Source of the DNA: the human T2T-CHM13v2.0 reference genome, Homo sapiens
Strand: one strand, 5' to 3'
Length of the DNA: 64,000 nt
NCBI RefSeq assembly: GCF_009914755.1
Contig: NC_060943.1
Shown here: positions 51,305-64,000 of the stretch, piece after piece
Layout: every line of letters begins with the position of its first letter
Numbering within the stretch: position 1 is the first letter of the stretch
Notes under the pieces: generated by a model
The model's input: the letters and a program-made list of their open reading frames with translations, nothing else
Database searches by the model: none
What the model was told of the DNA's origin: nothing
Position numbers and translations under genes: made by a program

Positions 51305-52732
51305 CTCTTTCTCTGCCTTGCTTCCAGTTGAAGGCTATAGTATCTTCCCAGGAGGGACAGGCCACCAGCATTTCTCATTCCTCTCCAGCTACCTGTTGCA
51401 AGTGTGGTAAAAAGGTCAGGAGCTCCCTTCTTCTATCCAGTACTGCTCCTCCCCTCTTTTAGGGCAGAGGCTCCACCCCAGCCATTTGAGAATGCTGGAG
51501 CCCTGATCTCCCCTGGCCCTAGCTCATGTGTAAGGCTAAGGTTACATTCCAGGAGAGGCAAGTTGATAAGAAAGTTTAATGCCCCATCCAGCAACCTGCT
51601 GCTAAGGCAGCTGTGTCGCTCAGAGAGAAATAGGCCACTGTCCCTACCCATCTCTGGAGATTTTACTCAGGGAGAAAGCCAAGCCTTCAGAACAAAGAGC
51701 TCTGAAAGTCTCTCCCCAAAGAACTGACTTGACTTGAAACAGCGTGGGAGAGCTCAAGCCTAAGGGCATGCTCGAAAATGGTGGAGGAGGTTCTGTTGGT
51801 AAGTAATTAAGAGGAAGCTGGTAGCTTCATGAGACACAAGCTAAACCACAGGCCAACTAGTATACCAGAGAGAATCAGGGAAACAGCTAAGAAGGTCACT
51901 CCTGGGTTCAGAACAACTCTCAAACACCAACCTCTAAAACTACTCCTTTAAGGGAGCCTAAATTTAAGTGGACCAGATGCAGAACAATTTATGCCTCAGA
52001 GCATTGTCAAAAACAATAATCAGGTGGCAATTAGTGGAGCCTAAAAGCTGAGTGTGGTGAGGGAAAGAGACAGGAGAGCCCACCTAAAACCACTGTCATC
52101 CTAGGGTGACAATGCATGTCTAAAGCTGTGCCCTTTGAGGAATATACATTATGACCAGCAGGATTTATTCCAGGAATGCAAGGTTGGTTTAATATCTGAA
52201 AATCAATGTTATATCAATAGAATAAAGAACAAAACCCAATAAAGAACAAAACCCATATGATCATCACAGTAGATATATAAAGAGCACTTGACAAAATCCA
52301 ACACCTTTCATGATAAACACTCAACAAACCTAGAAATAGAAGGAAATCTTGACTTGATAAAGGGAATCTACAAAAAAAAATCTATGGTTAACATCATACT
52401 TAATGGTGAAAACTGAATCCTTTCCAAGATCAGGAATAAGACATGAGTGTTTTTCTCACCACTTCTGTTCAATATTGTACTGGAGATTCTAGCCAGAGAA
52501 ATTAGGCAAGACAATAAAATAAAAGACATCAAGAATGAAAAAGAAATAAACTGTCTCTCTTCCCATATAACATGATCTTGTATAAAGAAAATCCTAAGGA
52601 ATCCACTAAACTATTAGAACTCCAATAGGTTCAGTAAGGTTGCAGAATACAAGATCAATATACAAAAATTGTATTTCTATATACTTGCAAAAAATCCAAA
52701 ATTTAAGAAAACTGTTCCATATATGATAGTAT

Positions 52733-53190
52733 GTGATACAGTTTGGATGTTTGTCCCCTCCAAATCTCATGTTGAAATGTAATCCCTACTGTTGGAGGTG
52801 GGGCCTGGTGAGAGGTGTTTGGGTCATGGGGCCAGATCTCTGATGAATGGCTTGTTGCTGACCTCTTGATAGTGAATGGCTTCTTGTGAGATCTGGTTAA
52901 GAGTGTGTGGCTCTTCCTCCTCTCTCTCTTGCTTCTGCTCGTGTGTAGTAGAAGTGACATGCTGGCTCTTTATGACCTTCCACCAAGATTTTAAGTGTCC
53001 TGAGGCCTTCAGCAGAAGCAGATGCTAGCACTATGCTTCCTGTATATCCTGCAGAACCGTGTGCCAAAATAAAACCTCTTTTCTTTATAAATTAAAGCAG
53101 CATGGGACTGGTATAAGGATGCACAATAGACCAATAGGAATACCAGTCAGGTATTCCTTTATAGCAATGCAAAAGTGGCCTAATGCAGTG
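52733..53190 (+). mobile_element. MST (MaLR) solo LTR
   Basis: Runs tgatacagtttggatgtttgtcccctccaaatctcatgttgaaatg ... tttatagcaatgcaaaagtggcctaatgca. Confidence 0.88.
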
Positions 53191-54502
53191 TCAAAAAAAA
53201 AAATAAAATACTTAGTAATACATTTAACAAAAGGACAAATTTTATACTCTGAAAATTACAAAACATGTTGAAAGAAGATTTAATGAAAAGAAATCCCATG
53301 TTTATGAACCAGAAAACTAAGTATTAAGATGGCAATATTTCCCAAGTTGATCTATAGAATTAATGCAGTCCATCTCAAAATCCCTAGCTGGCTTCTTTGC
53401 AGAAAATGACCAGCTGATGATATAATTCATCTGGAAATTAAAGGCGGCCCAGAAGAGCCAAAACAAACTTGACAAAGAACAATGTCGGAGGACTCATGCT
53501 TCCTGATTTCAAAACTTATTATACTGCTACAGTAATTAAAGCTGCATGGGACTGGTACAAGAATGCATATAAACCAACAGGATACCATAGGATAGAATAG
53601 CCCAGAAATAAACCTTTATGTATGTAGTCAATTTTCAACAAGAGTGCCAAGAGTACTCAATGAGAAAAAGACAGTTTCTCCAACAGATATTGGGAAAATT
53701 GGATATACACATGCAAAAAAAATAACCTTGGATCCTTACACTCTACACAATAATTAACAAAATGGATAAAAGACCTACATGTAAGAGCAAAAACTATAAA
53801 CCTTTTAGAAGAAAATGTTGGGGAGCAAATCTCTATGACCTTGGTTTGGCAATGGTTTCTTAAATATGACACCAAAATTTGTCCTTTTGTGCATCAAAAG
53901 ACATTATCAGAGAGTGAAAAGATAACCCATCGAATGGGAGAAAACATTTGCAAATCAAGTATTTGGTAAGATTCGAGTATCCAGAATATAAAAATAACTC
54001 CTACAACTGAAAAAAAACTAAACTCAGTTAAAAAAAATGGGCAAAGTATGTTAATTAGCCCTATTGCGCCATTTCACTACATATACATGTTCCAAAACAT
54101 CACGTTGTACATGATAAATATATATAATTTGCATCTGTTACTTTAAAAATCAATTTTTTAAAAAGGGCAAAGGACATCAATAGACATTTCTTCCAAGAAG
54201 ATAAACAGATGGCCAAAAAGCAGATGAAAAGATGCTCAACATTGCTAATCACTAGAGGCAGGCAAATCAAGACCAGAGTTACCATTTCACACTGATGAAG
54301 ATGGCTACAAGAAAAAAAAAAATCAGTGGGAAATAACAACTGCTGGGGAGGATGTGGTGAAATTAGAATCATTATGCATTGAGGATAAGAATGTCCACTG
54401 GAGCAGCCATGGTAAAAACCAGTTTGGCAGTTCCTCAAAAAGTAAAACAATTACCATTGGATCCAACAATTCCACTTCCGGGTACATACACACCTGACTT
54501 GA

Positions 54503-54592
<90 letters not shown>

Positions 54593-54609
54593 TGAGACCA
54601 TCCTGGCTA

Positions 54610-54867
<258 letters not shown>

Positions 54868-57800
54868 TCATCCATAAAAAATGAAATTCAGATACATGCT
54901 ATAACATGGATGAGCCTTGAAAACATGTTAAATGAAATAAGCCAGATACAAAAAGACAAATATTATGATTCTATTTATATGAAATATCTAGAATAGGCAA
55001 ATTCATAGAGACAGCATATTAGAGGTTACTAGGGGGGTGCTGGGCAGAGGGAGAGGAATTACTGCTTCCCAGGTGCAGAGTTTCTATTTGGGGTGTTGAC
55101 ATGTTTTGGAACTAGATAGAGATAGTGGTTGCACAACATTGTGAAAGTACTAAATGCCACTGAAGTGTTTCTTTAAAATGGCTAATTTTATGTTATGTGG
55201 ATTTCACCTCAATAAAAATAATAAAAGATGATGAAATAATGCTACCAGACAGACAAAAGTTGGGAGAATTTGTCATTAGCACATCAGCACTGCAAAAAAT
55301 ATTAAAAATCTTTGGGCTGAAGGAATATTATTGGAGCTGGAAAGAGATGTAAGAGTAAAATAAGAGACGCAGAAACACATACTGCGTGATTTCACTCATA
55401 CGTGGAATCTGAAAAAGTTGATCTAGAAGTAGAGACTAAAATGGTGGTTACCAGAGTGGGGATGATGGGGGAGTGGGGTGCTGGGGAGTTGTTGGTCAAA
55501 TAATACAAAATTTCAGTTAGATGAAAAGAATAGGTTTAAGATAACTATCATTCAACATGGTGACTAAAGTTAATAACTACACTGTAATCTTGAAAAATGC
55601 TGATTTTAAATATTCTCACCACAAAAATATTAGATATGTAAATTAGCTACATTTAGCATTCCACAATGTATATATATTTCAAAACATCATGTTGAACACA
55701 AATACATACAATTTCATCTGTCAGTTAAAAAATAATAACATAAAATTTAGAAAGGAATAAAGAAAACCTGAAAGGGTGTCCCAGCTACTACCTAGGTCAA
55801 AGTAGTCCTAGCTACTCAGGAGGCTGAGGAGAGAGGATCACTTGAGCCCCAGAAGTTTTGAGGCTGCAGTGAGCTGATCATGCCATTGCACTCCAGTTTG
55901 GGCAACAGAGCAAGACCGTGTAGGCAAATTTGAGACTAATGAGTGCTTAAAGTAACAATAGCAGCAATGTATTGTGGGGTTCATAATATGTAGAAGAAAA
56001 ATATTGGAGAACAATTGAAAAAAAAAATGGTGGGAAAACTAGAAATAGAAGGCAACTTCCTTAATCTACAGCTTCCTTAAGCCTATAACTAACATCACAC
56101 TGAACAATGAAATATGAATGCTTTTCTCTTGAGTTTGGGGACAAGGTAAGGATGTTCATTCCACATTGTATTAAAGGTCCTAGCCTGTGCAATAAGGCAA
56201 GAAAAAAAAGTATAAAGATCAAAGTAAATAAAACTTTCCTTATTTAAAGGTGATGTAAGTATACTGTCAAGAGATCATGTATGTAGCTGGGCACAGTGGC
56301 TCATGCTTATAATCCTAGTACTGTGAGGCAGGAGGATCAGTTGAGGCCAGGAGCTCAAGACCAGCCTGGGCAACATAGCAAAACTCCATTTCTACAAAAA
56401 TTGAAATAAAAAATTGGCCAGATGTGGTGGTACACGCCTGTAGTCCTAGCTACACAGGAGGCTGAGGAGAGAGGATCTCTTCAGCCCAGGAGTTTGAGGC
56501 TGCAGTGAGCTGATATGCCACTGCATTCCAGCTTGGACAAAAGAGTAAGACCCTGTCTCAGGAAAAAAAAAACCCAGATATTGTATATGTAAAAAGAATC
56601 TACAAATGGATGAAATTAAGTTTGTAATCGAATTTAGCAAAGTTCCTATATATAAGGCGATTGTACAAAAAATTATATTTTTGTATAGTAGCAACAAATA
56701 ATTGGAAAATACTATTTTAAAACATCAAAGAAATTTAATACTTAGTAATCAATGTAGTTAAAATGTGTAAGACCTCGCTGAAAACTACAAAACAATGCAA
56801 AACACTTAGAGAATTTTACCATGTTCATGAGTTGGCAAGTTGAACATTTTTACAATGTCAATTATCCCCAAATTGATCTACAGATTCAGGGCAATCTTAA
56901 ACACAAAATCCCATATTGTTGGTTTTTTGGAAACAGACAAGCTCGTTCTAAAATTATATGGAAAGCCAAAGACCTTAGAATGGCTAAGGCTATCTTGAAG
57001 AAGACCAAAGTTGGAAGACTTAACTTACCGTGGACTTATCTTATTATCTTAAGATTTACTCTAAGGCTACATAATTAAAACAGGAGGGGAGGGGCGGGGG
57101 AGATGGGGGAGGGGCTGGAGAGAGGGGTGGGAGTGTGGTGTTGGCAAAGGATAATAAATAGATCAATGGAAAAGAGAGTCCATAAATATACTCCAGCCTA
57201 TGTGGTCACTTAATTTATAATAGAATTGCCACTGTGATTGGGTGGTGATGGATGGTCTTTTCAATAAGTAGTGCCAGAATAATGATATCTATGTAGAAAA
57301 TAAGCTTGAGCCCACCTCACATGACACACGAACATTAATTCAAGATGAATCATAGATATAAATGTGGAGGGTAAAACAAAAGAGATTCCAAAAAAATATG
57401 AAAATATCACTTTGACTTTGGGTAGCACATTTTCTTAAATATACACAAAGAAAGCACTAAGAAAATTAGAACTCAACCTCATTAAAATTAAGACGTTTTT
57501 AAAAATTCAATGACATCTTTAAGAAAGTAAATAGGTAAGCCACAGACGGAACACATTTGTAATGCACACATGTGACAAATGACTTGTATTCAGAATATAA
57601 ATAATGCCTACAAAACAATAAAAAAAAAAGCCTAAGAAAAGGTGAAAGACTTGAACAGGGACTTCACAAAAGCAGCTATTCAGATGACCAATAGCCATAT
57701 AAAAGTGCTAGATATCATTACTCATGATGAAAATGCAAATTAAAGCCACAATCAGGTACTACCGCACAACTACCAGGACGACCAAAACTGAAAACACTGA

Positions 57801-58296
57801 GCTCATCAGATACTGTCCAGAATGTGCAGTGACCGCAGCGCCCTTCCATCGCTGGCGGGAGCGGAAAGTGATTTCACCATTTTGGACGGGTGTTTGGCAG
57901 ACTCCCTAAAGACAAAAACACCTGTTCTATGACCCATAAAGTCACGTCTATGTGCATAAAAATATGTACGAGAATATTTGTTGCCACTTTATTCACAATA
58001 GCCTCCAAATAGTGGCATATTCATACAATGTAATACACAATAAAAAAGATCCAGTTACTGATGCCCCGAAAACACGAAGCTCAAAAGCTTTTCAGATTTA
58101 ATTAATAATTTTAATGGTTAATAAAGTATATTCTTTTTAAATTTAAAAATATTTAATTGACAAAAACTGTATATATTCAAGGAATAATATGATTTATGTA
58201 TACACTGTATAATGATTACCACAATCAAATTAACACATCCATAACCACCATAATTATCGTGTGTGCGCGTGCGTATGTACGTGATGAGGACACTTA

Positions 58297-58636
<340 letters not shown>

Positions 58637-58879
58637 TTATTAACTGTAGCCACCATGTATATATTAGATCCCCAGAACTTAATAATCTTATAACTCAAAG
58701 TTTGTACCCTTTAACCAACATCTCCCCATTCCCCATAAGCCCTAGCATCTGCCAAAGCTGCACAGCAGGAAAAAAAAAAAAAAGAGGCTAGGCGCGGTGG
58801 CTCACGCCTGTAATCCCAGCACTTTGGGAGGCCGAGACAGGTAGATCACGAGGTCAGAAGATCGAGACCATCCTGGCTA

Positions 58880-59389
<510 letters not shown>

Positions 59390-59428
59390 TTAGCTGGGCA
59401 TGATGGCATATGCCTTTAGTCCCAGCTA

Positions 59429-62765
<3,337 letters not shown>

Positions 62766-64000
62766 AGAAAATCCCTTAATCAGAAAGGAAGACTAAGAGA
62801 AAAAGGAAGAAAAGATCTACAAAACAACTAGGAAAAAGTAACAAAATGGCAGTAGTAAGCCCTTACCTATCAATAATTACCATGAATGTAAATGGATTAA
62901 ATTCTCCAGTTAAAAGACAGACTGGCTGAACGGATTAAAAAACATGACCTAACTAAAGTTGGCCATTGAACAATATGAGTTTGAGCTGCAGGAGTCCAAT
63001 GTCATGCAGATTTTCTTCCACCTCTGCCACTCCGAGTCAGCAAGACCAGCCCTTCCTCCTCCTCTCCCTCAGACTCCTCGATGTGAAGACCACGAGGATG
63101 AAGGCCTTTGTGTGATGATCACTTCCACTTGATAAACATTAAATATATTTTATCTTCCTTATGATTTTCTTGATAACATTTTTTCTCTAGGTTGCTTTAT
63201 TGGAAAATATAGTGTATAATAGATTCAACATATAAAATATGTGTTAATCGACTTTTTATATTGTTGGTAAGGCTTTGGGTCAACATTAGGCTATTAGTAG
63301 TTAAGTTTTGGGGGAGTCAAAAGTTATTCGCAGATTTTCAACTACATGGGGGTTGGTGCCCCTAACCCTACATCATTCAAGGGTCAACTGAATATGTTGT
63401 CTACAAAAGACTCGCTTCACCTGAAAGGACACACACAGACTGAAAGTGAAGGGATGGGAAGATATTTCCTGCAAATGCAAAGCAAAAAAGAACAAGTAGT
63501 TATATCAGATAAAATAGATCTTAAGCCTAAAACTGTAAAAAGAGACAAAGAGGCCATTATAGAATGGTAAAATAGTCAATTCAACAAGAGGATATAACAA
63601 TAATAAATATATATGCACCCAATATTGGAACATCTAAATTTATAAAGCAAATCTTAAATAAACCTAAAGGGAGAGATAGACTGCAATACAGTAATAGTAG
63701 AGGATTTCAACACTCCACTTTCAGCAATGGACAGATCATCCAGACAAAAATCAACAAAGAAATATCAGAGTTAAACTACACTCCAGACCAAACAGACCTA
63801 ACAAGACACTTACAGAACCTTCCATCCAGTAGCCATGGAATACACATTCTTCTCAAAACCACATGGAACATTATCTAGTATAGATGATATGTTAGGCCAT
63901 AATACAAGTCTTAACAAATTTTAAAAAGCTAAATCATATTATCTTTTTTGACAATAGAGTAAATCTAGAAATTAATAGGCAGAACATTGGAAACAAATAT
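62766..64000 (+). mobile_element. L1M ORF2 endonuclease region (sense), degenerate
   Basis: atggcagtagtaagcccttacctatcaataattaccatgaatgtaaatgga; SDKIDLKPKTVKRDKE; NIYAPN motif. Confidence 0.9.
62956..63390 (+). mobile_element. Tigger2a/MER28-like non-autonomous DNA transposon inside the L1
   Basis: Terminal inverted repeats aagttggccattgaa and ttcaagggtcaactg; L1 sequence resumes on both sides. Confidence 0.8.

Overview
This is primate (almost certainly human) genomic DNA, consistent with the TRPM4-SLC6A16 interval on 19q13.33. It contains the last five exons and 3' end of TRPM4 (+ strand, 3564-~5192). A disabled SLC6A16/NTT5-like transporter pseudogene lies on the - strand (most likely SLC6A21P; six recognisable exons, 45691-49623, 3' half not found). 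The rest is mostly Alu and L1, with two solo LTR13 (HERV-K13) elements, ERV-L remnants (one LTR47-flanked with env-TM traces), Tigger/MER DNA transposons and microsatellites. I see no prokaryote-type system and no convincing new protein-coding gene; nearly all ORF-track entries are Alu, L1 or microsatellite artefacts. The best leads are: a 225-codon spliced open frame in the pseudogene kept open by compensating frameshifts; a tailless, internally inverted Alu traceable to a donor 10 kb away; orphan exon-like units on the - strand at 26.3-26.6 and 36.5-36.7 kb; an env immunosuppressive-domain relic; and several transposon-borne CTCF motifs. Repeat family names and homologue comparisons come from recall of consensus sequences, not from a search.
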